Assembly (NCBI RefSeq): GCF_963921235.1
Contig: NC_086107.1
Location: 116,004,001 to 116,068,000 of the forward strand
Direction: 5' to 3'
Length of the DNA stretch: 64,000 nt
Source of the DNA: Mobula hypostoma
Taxonomy: Eukaryota
A program made the position numbers and the translations under genes. A model generated the notes under the pieces. The model had not been told where the DNA came from. It searched no databases and saw only the letters and a program-made list of their open reading frames with translations. Positions 48,343 through 60,300 of the stretch are shown one piece after another; within the stretch, counting starts at the first letter, position 1, and every line of letters starts with the position of its first letter.

Positions 48343-51300
48343 CTGAAGTCAGAAACACTCAGTCACACTGAGCCCTCTCCCCACATTCCCGTCACACACT
48401 CCCCAATATCCCAATACACGCACAGAGTGAATCTCCCTCCACACCATCCCGTCACACACTCCTGGGGTCAGACACAGAGTGAAGCTCCCTCCACACCGTC
48501 CCATCACACACTCCTGGGGTCAGGCACAGAGTGAAGCTCCCTCCACACTGTCCCATCACACACACCCGGGTTAGACCCAGAGTGAATCTCCCTCCACACC
48601 GTCTCATCACACACACCCGGGTTAGACACAATGAATCTCCCTCCACACCGTCCCATCACACACTCCCGGGGTCAGACACAGTGAATCTCCCTCCACACCG
48701 TCCCATCACACACTCCCGGGGTCAGACACAGTGAATCTCCCTCCACACCGTCCCATCACACACACCCGGGTTAGACACAGTGAATCTCCCTCCACACCGT
48801 CCCATCACACACTCCCGGGTTCAGGCACAGAGTGAATCTCCCTCCACACTGTCCCATCACACACTCCCGGGGTCAGACACAGAGTGAAACTCCCTCCACA
48901 CCGTCCCATCACACACTCCCAGAGTCAGACACAGAGTGAAACTCCCTCCACACCATCCCATCACACACACCCGGGTTAGACACAGAGTGAATCTCCCTTC
49001 ACACCGTCCCATCACACACTCCCGGGGTCAGACACAGAGTGAAGCTCCCTCCACACCGACCCATCACACTCTCCCGGGGTCAGACACAGAGTGAACCTCC
49101 CTCCACACCGTCCCATCACACACTCCTGGGGTCAGGCACAGAGTGAATCTCCCTCCACACCGTCCCATCACACACTCCCGGGGTCAGACACAGAGTGAAG
49201 CTCCCTCCACACCGTCCAATCACAGACTCCCAGGGAGCTGTTCTGATTGAATTGAGAGAAATCAAGGAAAAACTGCTGCATAAAGTTCGTGAGATACTCT
49301 GGGGGAGATACAGAAGGTCTCTTGGACATCTGAGTAAGGGCTGTTTTAGTGTGGAGACTGCTTTCAGAGTTCTTCTGCCAATTTGGACTGCATAGCTTCC
49401 CACTGCGGCCGTTGGCAACTTGCCAGGAAACTGCTTTGCTCCGAGTGCAGGGAGAGAAACACAGTTATTCCCCACTAACATCGGGGCAGCATCCATTCCC
49501 TGTGTTGTGTTTCTCTCTCGTGTGGGTGCTGGAGCGTTTTAGATGCCACAAACTTTAACGGCCTGGGAGTTCTTCTTGACCGACGGAGCATTTCCTGGTG
49601 TTGGAATTTCTGGTGCAGTGCCTAAAAAGGGACTGTCTTCCTACTGCCCTAGCAACAGAAGGTTCCTCCCCATTCCAGCTGTCTTAAGGAGAGTCTGGAA
49701 TGTGTTCCAACTTCTCAGGATCCAAAGCCCTGGAGTGATGGGATTTGCTGATGCTGCAGGACTGGGCGAACTGCAGGAAGTTCCAAACATTCCTGTCCAG
49801 GAATTCTACTCACTCCAGGGCTTTATCAGCAGCACTGCTGCATATATTTCTCACTTTAGACTCTAAAGCCACCAGCCCGGCCCAGTCTGCAGGGAGTCGC
49901 AGACTTGCGGGGAGTGAGGCAAGGATGGCTGCCTCTCCATCCTCGGCCAATGCCCTGTCTCAGTCAGTGGAGAGTGAATGCAGGGGGAAATGTATTGTGT
50001 GAGCTGTGAAACGGTGCACAGTGGCCACGGAGGACCTGGTTGGGGAGGCCAGTATTTTGGCCTCCAGGGAAGAGTTCGGGAAGGCAGTGTTTTATCTGGA
50101 GACTGATGAGTTGGTGCACCGAGACCTCACTGGGGGGAGAATCACGGACAAAGACATCCTTTCACAGATGGAGCTGTACCGTCGAGCTGGAGGGCCACTC
50201 TGGTTTCCGGCGTGACCCAGTATTGGCAAAGAAGTTGAAGGAGCGAGTGGGCTCCTTTGACTTGGTGGCCTCCTGGCAGAATCTCCACCCTGACTCTAGC
50301 GTCTTCTCGAGAAGGTCTGGAGGGGGGTGCCCGCATAGACCACTTCTACATCTCTCGGGCATACATCTCCCGCATGTTGGTATCCTCCATGTGGCTGGAG
50401 TCGTGCCCGGACCATCACCTTGTGTGGATGGAATTTGCTCTGCACCCTTGGGTGGGAACTGGCACTGGCCCTTTAACAACTGGCTGCTGGGAGACAGCCA
50501 ATTCTGGGATTCATTCCGAGCATTCTGGGTCTACCGGAGGGAGAGATGGGTGGATTTCTGCTCCTTATGGCCATGGCAGGACATAGCCCACATCCGGTTT
50601 CTATGTCGGGAGTACACTAGGGGCTCGATAAAGAGGCAGGGCTCTGAAATTAAGCGGCTTGACAGAGCGTTGCTTGACCTAGGGTCCCGTCTTGGTCTGA
50701 CTGCTGGGGACCAACAGTTACGGCAGGAACACCAGGAGGAGAACACACTGAGGGATCTGCAGCTCCAGCAGTCCCGAGGTACGTCTGTGAGGTCACAGAT
50801 CCAGATGCTGTAGGATTTGGACCGTGGCTCACCCTTCTTCTACGCACCGGAGAAGTGGCGGGGAGTCCAAAAACGGCTAGTGGAATTACTGGCTGCTGAT
50901 GACTCCTCCGTCACGGACGCTGATGAAATCAATGCAGAAGGCTGCTCCTTCTATAGATCCTTATTCTCACCAGATCCGTTAACTGTGGACGTGTGCAGTG
51001 TGATCTGCAAAGATTTGCCCCAGTCACCCCAGAGGACGTAGAGTGGCTGGACACCCCTGACTCAGATGGAGCAGTCTACATCCCTTCAGCAACTCCAGAG
51101 GGGCAGGTCCCCTGGCCTAGATGGCCTAAGCATGGAGTTCTTTCAAGCTTTCAGGGATGCCTTGATGGAGAGCAGAGCCACCGGGGAAATGCCCCTCTCA
51201 TGGCGGAGAGCTGTTGTGGTCCTATTGCCCAAGAAGGGAGACCTCCGCCTGCTAAAGAACTGGTGTCTGGTCTCTCTCTTGCGTGCAGACTACAAGATCT

Positions 51301-54300
51301 TCACCCAGGGAATGGCCAACCGTCTTGGCTCAGTGTTGAGACAGGAGACTCACCCTGACCAATCTTGCACAGTCCCAGGCTGGTCCATTCAGGACAATGT
51401 CCATCTGGTCTCGACCCTGATCCACCTGCTCTAGGAAACTGGGATTTCTCTCTCTTGACCAGAAGGTGTTTGACTGGGCAGACCACAGTTTCCTGGTGGG
51501 CACTGCACAGACATTTGGGCTCAGACCACACATTGTAGCCCAGGTTCGGCTCCTATACTCTGCCACAGAGTGCCTTGTCCAGGTCGATGGATCACCGACA
51601 GCAGCCACTCCCTTTAGAAGAGTAGTACATCCGGGGTGCCCCATGTCCGGCCAGTTGTATACCATCTCTGTAGAGCCATTCCTGTGTCTGGTTCTGTGTG
51701 AATGGGACATAAAGGACATCCTCTCAGCCTACAGATGTTGTGCTCCTAATGGTGACAGACACAGTGACCTGCAGAGCACACACAAGTGCCAGGAAGTTTT
51801 CTTAGCAGTATCCACCACCCGATCAACTAGGTGAAATGTTCCAGAATCTTGGTGGTCAGTGGCAGGTGGACACACTGCCAGAGAAGATGAGACCTTTTGA
51901 GTGAAGCACCAGGCATCTCTTAGATCTGGGAGTCTACCAGAGTGCTGCTGAGAGACCTGGCTGGCGGACTGGCAGGTCCTGGAGACGAAAGTCATGGGCC
52001 GGCTAGGGCGCTGGTCAGATCTTCTCAGGGTGCTTTCCTATCGAGGCAGGGTGGTGGTCATAAACCAGCTGGTGGCCTCCAAGTTGTGGTACCGGATGGT
52101 CACTTTGCCCCCACCTTGCCCTTTGTCACAAGGATGCAGAGGAAGTTAGTGGACCTCTTCTGGGACAAGAGGAGACACTGGGTCTCTGCAGTGGTCCTGA
52201 GTCTCCCAGTGGGAGAGGGCGGACAGTTGCGGCTGGCGGCTCTCCACCTCAGGACCCTGCAGAGGTTCCTCCCAGCTGGCATGTGTTGCTGACGTACTTT
52301 CTCCGGGGGGGGGCGCACTGCTATCTTCATGAAGAGATGCAGCTACCACCAGCGGGCATCAGCTTTGCAGAGTCTGCCCGGATTCAATCAGGACCAACTG
52401 AGAGTCTGGAACATTGTTGACTCAGGCCAGGAACTCTCTCCTCTGGCAGAGGGAGCAGACCCAGCCAGGGGACGGCCGGCCCCACCTTACCTCATAGATG
52501 TCAGTGAGGCTCAGGTGTGTGGAGTGACTTCGGGCCGCTGGGCTCACCGCTGCGCCTGTCGGGCCCAGGCCCAGCAATCTTATCCGGGGGCCCAGCCCAC
52601 ACAACTTGAGCCGTCTTTCATCGACACCAACAATCTCATTCAGGGATGCAGGTAAAAGTTACCTGTTGGGCTGCTGCTCCACACCTTCCACTTCTTAGCC
52701 CCTGTCCACCATCCCAACCTGGGGGCAAGGAAGGGGGTTCCCAACGGAAGTCCCATTACGAGGGAGTTCTTCCCGTGCATCTCGGAGATCTGAGGCCGAG
52801 ACTGCTGCATAGAGCAGTGCCCTGTCACAATTCCTTAGTTTGTACACGGATCTCCCAGCCCGTTAGCTCTGCAGGCTGGAGGAGACCGTGTACCACACGT
52901 ACACAGTCTCTTTTTGCATAACTGTGAGAGATGCTCCTCGCCGCCTAGTTACATTTCAGCCCTCCTCCCCATTTATATACGGTCATCCAGTACGGGGGGA
53001 GCGGGGTGTCAAGGATGGATGAGGATGTTCTTGTCTACTTTCTCCTGGGCTGGCTAAAACAGCTATCTGTGGGTCCTGGAAACGGGTGACAGGAATCTGC
53101 CCAGACAGACTGTCTGGCAATGTTTAGGGGGTATGTCTGTGCCCGGGTAATCACTGAGAGGGAACACTCACTGTTCATGGGGACCATAAAGGTGTCCCGG
53201 GATCATTGAGCTCCGTGGGGGAGGGAAGGTAATAAACACCATCATTGATAGAAATGGAAACGTTTTAGGATAATGTCATTTGTCTAGTAATTGTGTTAGC
53301 CACTGGTTTGGAAATATTTGTAGTACTGAATTTAAAATAAAGATATCTTGTAAGAAATAGGGTCAGACACAGAGTGAAGCTCCCTCCACACCGTCCCATC
53401 ACACACTCCCGGGATCAGACACAGAGTGAAGCTCCCTCCACACCGTCCCATCACACACTCCCGGGGTCAGACACAGAGTGAAGCTCCCTCCACACCGTCC
53501 CATCACACACTCCCGGGATCAGACACGGAATGAATCTCCCTCCACACCGTCCCATCACACACTCCCAGGGTCAGACACAGAGTAAAGCTCCCTCCACACC
53601 GACCCATCACACACTCCCAGGGTCAGACACAGAGTAAAGCTCTCTGTACACTGTCCCGTCACCCACCTGAAGCAGCTCCTTTTGTGTATCCTCCTCCATC
53701 TGACGAATGTCGTCCATGGTGAGGCCGATCCATTTGTCGATCCAGCAGAAGAGTTGACGGTGGAAGTTTGTGAAGAGTCGCTTCTCTTGCTGAGGGTGAA
53801 GGAGATGAGGGTCGCAGTATGAGACAGGAGGTAGGAGTTACACAGGATGAGACACGGGAAACGCAGAACTTCCACTTCCTTATGCGTGCATGCGCAAATA
53901 CACACGTACAGTGATGTTTCACCTCTCCCTCTCTCCCTGTACCTCGTCTGTCATCTCTCCCACTTCTTCACCTTTCCTCTGAATCAGTCACTTCTGCCAT
54001 GTTTGACCCATATCCCTTTCCTGTCCGTGCATCTGTCCGAGTGTCTTCTAAACATTAATCATTAATCTACCTGTCTCAGCTCAGGCACGAGATGGACCAC
54101 CCTGACTGAAAAATTTGCCCCTCGGATCCTTATTAAACTTCTCCGCTCACACCTTAAACCCAGGGCCTTGATTCCTCCCCCATTGGCAAAAGACCTTCAG
54201 TCAATGTAAATCTATAAACCTCTATCAACCCAGACAGCCTCTGTCTCGAACACTCCGGGGAAAACTGTCTCCACCTGCCCAGTCTCTCCTTGTAACTCGG

Positions 54301-57300
54301 TCCCTCTTGCCCTGGTGAATCTTTTCTGCAACCTCCCCAGCTCCATCCCACCCTTCCAGCAGCTGGCTGAACAGACCAGCTCACAGTGTGCTCTCGTGCT
54401 CTCTCCAGTGTCTTGTCCACCTGTAACATAACGTCACAACTGCTTAACCCAGCACCCTGAGTGATGAAAGCCAGTGGGTCAGACACCTTCCTCACCAACC
54501 TGGCAACTTGTGACCTGACTTTCAGGGAACCATCTGCCGATACTCCTCGGTTCTTCTGTTCTGTACACTCCCCAGGGTCCTGCCATTCACCGTGAACATC
54601 CTGCCCTGGTCTAACCCCCTAACCTGACTTCACCCTTGTCTGTGTTCATTTCCCACTGCGTCCTTATCCCATTTCCCCAGCTAATCTGTAACCAGAGACA
54701 ACCTTCCTCACTGTCCACCACACCAGCAGTCAGTGTGGTCTGTAAACCCAGTAACCACGTCAACAACATTATCAACCGAATTGTTAACATAGAGGACAGA
54801 CCACGGTGGACCTGACACTGATCCCTGTGACACACCACTTGTCACAAGCCTCCGATCAGAACAAAGATCCTCCACCATCTCCCTCCCTCCCTCCATCCCC
54901 TCTCACCTTCCCCACTCTTACCTCTGTCTGCCCTGTCTCACCACTGCCAGCCTCTCATCCCCCCACTGTGCCCTGTCGTTCTCTCACTGCCTCTGTGCTC
55001 CTTCCCCCATCACCACGTCAATCCCAGGCCCACCCCACCCCACCCCGCAACTCTGAGAGCTGACCTTGTGGATGAACTTCTCAACTCGGCCCTGGAGCCC
55101 CCACCACTGGAAATTCACCGTCACCAGTTTGTAGGCGCACATGTGGGGGCAGTCCGGCTGATCAAGGAGATCCTTCTGTGGTTGGCAAGAGAGAGACAGG
55201 TGTCAGGGAGAGTGAGACGGAGATGGGTGTCGGGGAGAGTGAGATGGACATGGGTGTCGGGGAGAGAGAGACGGGCGTCGGGGAGACAGAGAGAGACGGG
55301 CGTCAGGGAGAGAGAGAGAGACGGGCGTCGGGGAGAGAGAGAGAGAGACGAGCGTCGGGGAGAGAGAGAGACGGACGTCGGGGAGAGAGAGACGGGCGTC
55401 GGGGGAGAGAGAGACGGGCGTCGGGGGGAGTGAGAGAGACGGGCGTCGAGGGGAGTGAGAGAGACGGGCGTCGAGGGGAGTGAGAGAGACGGGCGTCGGG
55501 GGGAGTGAGAGAGACGGGCGTCGGGGGGAGTGAGAGACGGGCGTCGGGGGAGTGAGAGACGGGCGTCGGGGGAGTGAGAGAGACGGGCGTCGGGGGGAGT
55601 GAGAGAGACGGGCGTCGGGGGGAGTGAGAGAGACGGGCGTCGGGGGGAGTGAGAGAGACGGGCGTCGGGGGAGTGAGAGAGACGGGCGTCGGGGGAGTGA
55701 GAGAGACGGGCGTCGGGGGGAGTGAGAGACGGGCGTCGGGGGGAGTGAGAGACGGGCGTCGGGGGAGTGAGAGACGGGCGTCGGGGGGAGTGAGAGAGAG
55801 ACGGGCGTCGCGGGGAGAGAGAGAGAGACGGGCGTCGGGGAGAGAGAGACGGGCGTCGGGGAGAGAGAGAGACGGGCGTCGGGGGGAGAGAGTGAGACGG
55901 GCGTGGGGGTGGGAGAGAGAGACGGGCGTCGGGGGGAGAGAGAGAGAGACGGGCGTCGGGGGAGAGAGAGACGGGCGTCGGGCCGGAAGAGAGAGACGGG
56001 CGTCGGGGGGAGAGAGAGAGACGGGCGTCGGGGAGGGAGAGAGACGGGCGTCGGGGAGGGAGAGAGACGGGCATCAGGGGGGAGAGAGACGAGAGACGGG
56101 CGTCGGGGGTAGTGAGAGAGAGACGGGCGTCCGGGGGAGAGAGAGACGGGCGTCGGGAGTGAGAGAGACGGGTGTCGGGGGGAGAGAGAGACGGGCGTCG
56201 GGGGGAGAGAGAGACGGGCGTCGGGGGGAGAGAGAGACGGGCGTCGGGGGGAGAGAGAGAGAGACAGGCGTCGGGGGAGAGAGAGACGGGCATCGGGGCG
56301 GAAGAGAGAGACGGGCGTCAGGGGGAGAGAGAGAGACGGGCGTCAGGGGGAGAGAGAGAGACGGGCGTCGGGGGGAGAGAGAGAGACGGGCGTCGGGGGG
56401 AGAGAGAGAGACGGGCGTCGGGGGAGAGAGAGACGGGCGTCGGGCCGGAAGAGAGAGACGGGCGTCGGGGAGGGAGAGAGAGACGGGCGTCGGGGGGAGA
56501 GAGAGACGAGCGTCGGGGGGAGAGAGACGGGCGTCGGGGGAGTGAGAGAGACGGGCGTCGGGGGGAGAGAGAGACGGGCGTCGGGGGGAGAGAGAGACGG
56601 GCGTCGGGGGGAGAGAGAGAGAGACGGGCGTCGGGGGAGAGAGAGACGGGCGTCGGGGCGGAAGAGAGAGACGGGCGTCGGGGGGAGAGAGAGAGACGGG
56701 CGTCGGGGGGAGAGAGAGAGACGGGCGTCGGGGGGAGAGAGAGAGACGGGCGTCGGGGGGAGAGAGAGAGACGGGCGTCGGGGGGAGAGAGAGAGACGGG
56801 CGTCGGGGGGAGAGAGAGAGACGGGCGTCGGGGGGAGAGAGAGAGACGGGCGCCGGGGGGAGAGAGAGAGACGGGCGTCGGGGGGAGAGAGAGAGACGGG
56901 CGTCGGGGAGGGAGAGAGAGACGGGCGTCGGAGGGAGAGAGAGACGGGCGTCGGGGGGAGAGAGAGACGAGCGTCGGGGGGAGAGAGACGGGTGTCGGGG
57001 GAGTGGAGAGAGACGGGCGTCGGGGGGAGAGAGAGACGGGCGTCGGGGGGAGAGAGAGATGGGCGTCGGGGGGAGAGAGAGACGGGCGTCGGGGGGAGAG
57101 AGAGACGGGCGTCGGGGAGAGAGAGAGAGACGGGCGTCGGGGGAGAGAGAGACGGGCGTCGGGGGAGAGAGAGACGGGCGTCGGGGGGAGAGAGAGACGG
57201 GCGTCGGGGGTAGTGAGAGAGAGACGGGCGTCGGGGGTCGTGAGAGAGAGACGGGCGTCCGGGGGAGAGAGAGACGGGCGTCGGGGGGAGAGAGAGACGG

Positions 57301-60300
57301 GCGTCGGGGGGAGAGAGAGACGGGCGTCGGGGGGAGAGAGAGACGGGCGTCGGGGGGAGAGAGAGATGGGCGTCGGGGGGAGAGAGAGACGGGCGTCGGG
57401 GGGAGAGAGAGACGGGCGTCGGGGAGAGAGAGAGAGACGGGCGTCGGGGGAGAGAGAGACGGGCGTCGGGGGAGAGAGAGACGGGCGTCGGGGGAGAGAG
57501 AGACGGGCGTCGGGGGGAGAGAGAGACGGGCGTCGGGGGTAGTGAGAGAGAGACGGGCGTCGGGGGTCGTGAGAGAGAGACGGGCGTCGGGGGGAGAGAG
57601 AGATGGGCGTCGGGGGGAGAGAGAGACGGGCGTCGGGGGGAGAGAGAGACGGGCGTCGGGGAGAGAGAGAGAGACGGGCGTCGGGGGAGAGAGAGACGGG
57701 CGTCGGGGGAGAGAGAGACGGGCGTCGGGGGAGAGAGAGACGGGCGTCGGGGGGAGAGAGAGACGGGCGTCGGGGGTAGTGAGAGAGAGACGGGCGTCGG
57801 GGGTCATGAGAGAGAGACGGGCGTCCGGGGGAGAGAGAGACGGGCGTCGGGGGGAGAGAGAGACGGGCGTCGGGGGGAGAGAGAGAGACGGGCGTCGGGG
57901 GGAGAGAGAGAGATGGGCGTCGGGCCGGAAGAGAGAGACGGGCGTCGGGGGGAGAGAGAGAGACGGGCGTCGGGGGGAGAGAGAGAGACGGGCGTCGGGG
58001 AGGGAGAGAGAGACGGGCGTCGGAGGGAGAGAGAGACGGGCGTCGGGGGGAGAGAGAGACGAGCGTCGGGGGGAGAGAGACGGGTGTCGGGGGAGTGAGA
58101 GAGACGGGCGTCGGGGGGAGAGAGAGACGGGCGTCGGGGGGAGAGAGAGACGGGCGTCGGGGGAGAGAGAGACGGGCGTCGGGGGGAGAGAGAGACGGGC
58201 GTCGGGGGGAGGGAGATAGAGACGGGCGTCGGGGGGAGGGAGAGAGAGACGGGCGTCGGGGGGGGAGAGAGAGAGACGGGCGTCGGGGAGGGAGAGAGAG
58301 AGACGGGTGTCGGGGGAGAGAGAGAGAGAGACGGGTGTCAGGGGAGAGAGAGAGATGGGCATCGGGGGGAGAGAGAGATGGGCATCGGGGGAGAGAGAGA
58401 TGGGCATCGGGGGGAGAGAGAGATGGGCATCGGGGGAGAGAGAGACGGGCATCGGGGGGAGAGAGAGACGGGCATCAGGGGAGAGAGAGACGGGCATCGG
58501 GGGAGAGAGAGACGGGCATCAGGGGAGAGAGAGGGAGAGAGACTGGCGTCGGAGAGAGGGAGAGAGACTGGCGTCGGGGGGAGGGAGAGAGACTGGCGTC
58601 GGGGGGAGGGAGTGAGACGGGCGTCGGGGGGAGAGAGAGACGAGCGTTGGGGGGAGAGAGACGGACGTCAGGCGGAGAGAGAGAGAGACGGGCGTCGGGG
58701 GTAGTGAGAGAGAGACGGGCGTCCGGGGGAGAGAGAGACGGGCGTCGGGGGGAGAGAGAGACGGGCGTCGGGGGGAGAGAGAGAGAGACGGGCGTCGGGG
58801 GGAGAGAGAGAGAGATGGGCCTCGGGGGAGAGAGAGAGATGGGCATCGGGGGGAGAGAGAGACGGGCGTCAGGGGAGAGAGGGGGAGAGAGAGACGGGCG
58901 TCAGGGGAGAGAGAGAGAGAGAGAGACGGGCGTCGGGGGAGAGAGAGAGACGGGCGTCGGGGGGAGAGAGAGACGGGCGTCGGGGGGAGAGAGAGACGGG
59001 CGTCGGGGGGAGAGAGAGACGGGCGTCGGGGGGAGAGAGAGACGGGCGTCGGGGGAGAGAGAGAGAGAGAGAGACGGGCGTCAGGGGAGAGAGAGAGAGA
59101 CGGGCGTCGGGGGAGAGAGAGAGACGGGCGTCGGGGGAGAGAGAGAGGGGCGTCGGGGAGAGAGAGAGACGGGCGTCGGGGGGAGAGAGAGACGGGCGTC
59201 GGGGGGAGAGAGAGACGGGCGTCGGGGGGAGAGAGAGACGGGCGTCGGGGGGAGGGAGAGACGGGCGTCGGGGGGAGGGAGAGAGACTGGCGTCGGGGGG
59301 AGGGAGTGAGACGGGCGTCGGGGGGAGAGAGAGACGAGCGTTGGGGGGAGAGAGACGGACGTCAGGCGGAGAGAGAGAGAGACGGGCGTTGGGGGTAGTG
59401 AGAGAGAGACGGGCGTCGGGGGTCGTGAGAGAGAGACGGGCGTCCGGGGGAGAGAGAGAGACGGGCGTCGGGCCGGAAGAGAGAGACGGGCATCGGGGGG
59501 AGAGAGAGAGACGGGCGTCGGGGGGAGAGAGAGAGACGGGCGTCGGGGAGGGAGAGAGAGACGGGCGTCGGAGGGAGAGAGAGACGGGCGTCGGGGGGAG
59601 AGAGAGACGAGCGTCGGGGGGAGAGAGACGGGCGTCGGGGGAGTGAGAGAGACGGGCGTCGGAGGGAGAGAGAGACGGGCGTCGGGGGAGAGAGAGACGG
59701 GCGTCGGGGGGAGAGAGAGACGGGCGTCAGGGGGAGAGAGAGACGGGCGTCGGGGGGAGGGAGAGAGAGACGGGCGTCGGGGGGAGGGAGAGACGGGCAT
59801 CGGGGGAGAGAGAGACGGGCATCGGGGGAGAGAGAGACGGGCATCAGGGGAGAGAGAGACGGGCATCGGGGGAGAGAGAGACGGGCATCAGGGGAGAGAG
59901 AGGGAGAGAGACTGGCGTCGGAGAGAGGGAGAGAGAGAGACGGGCGTCAGGGGAGAGAGAGAGAGACGGGCGTCGGGGGAGAGAGAGAGACGGGCGTCGG
60001 GGGGGAGAGAGAGAGACGGGCCTCGGGGGGGAGAGAGAGATGGGCATCGGGGGGAGAGAGAGACGGGCGTCAGGGGAGAGAGGGGGAGAGAGAGACGGGC
60101 GTCAGGGGAGAGAGGGGGAGAGAGAGACGGGCGTCAGGGGAGAGAGAGAGACTGGCGTCGGGGGGAGGGAGTGAGACGGGCGTCGGGGGGAGAGAGAGAC
60201 GAGCGTTGGGGGGAGAGAGACGGACGTCAGGCGGAGAGAGAGAGAGACGGGCGTCGGGGGTAGTGAGAGAGAGACGGGCGTCGGGGGTCGTGAGAGAGAG

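Noticed and set aside
49236..53358. Active autonomous retrotransposon
   Set aside because: Multiple stops, frameshifts and internal deletions, and the RT catalytic YADD motif is disrupted.
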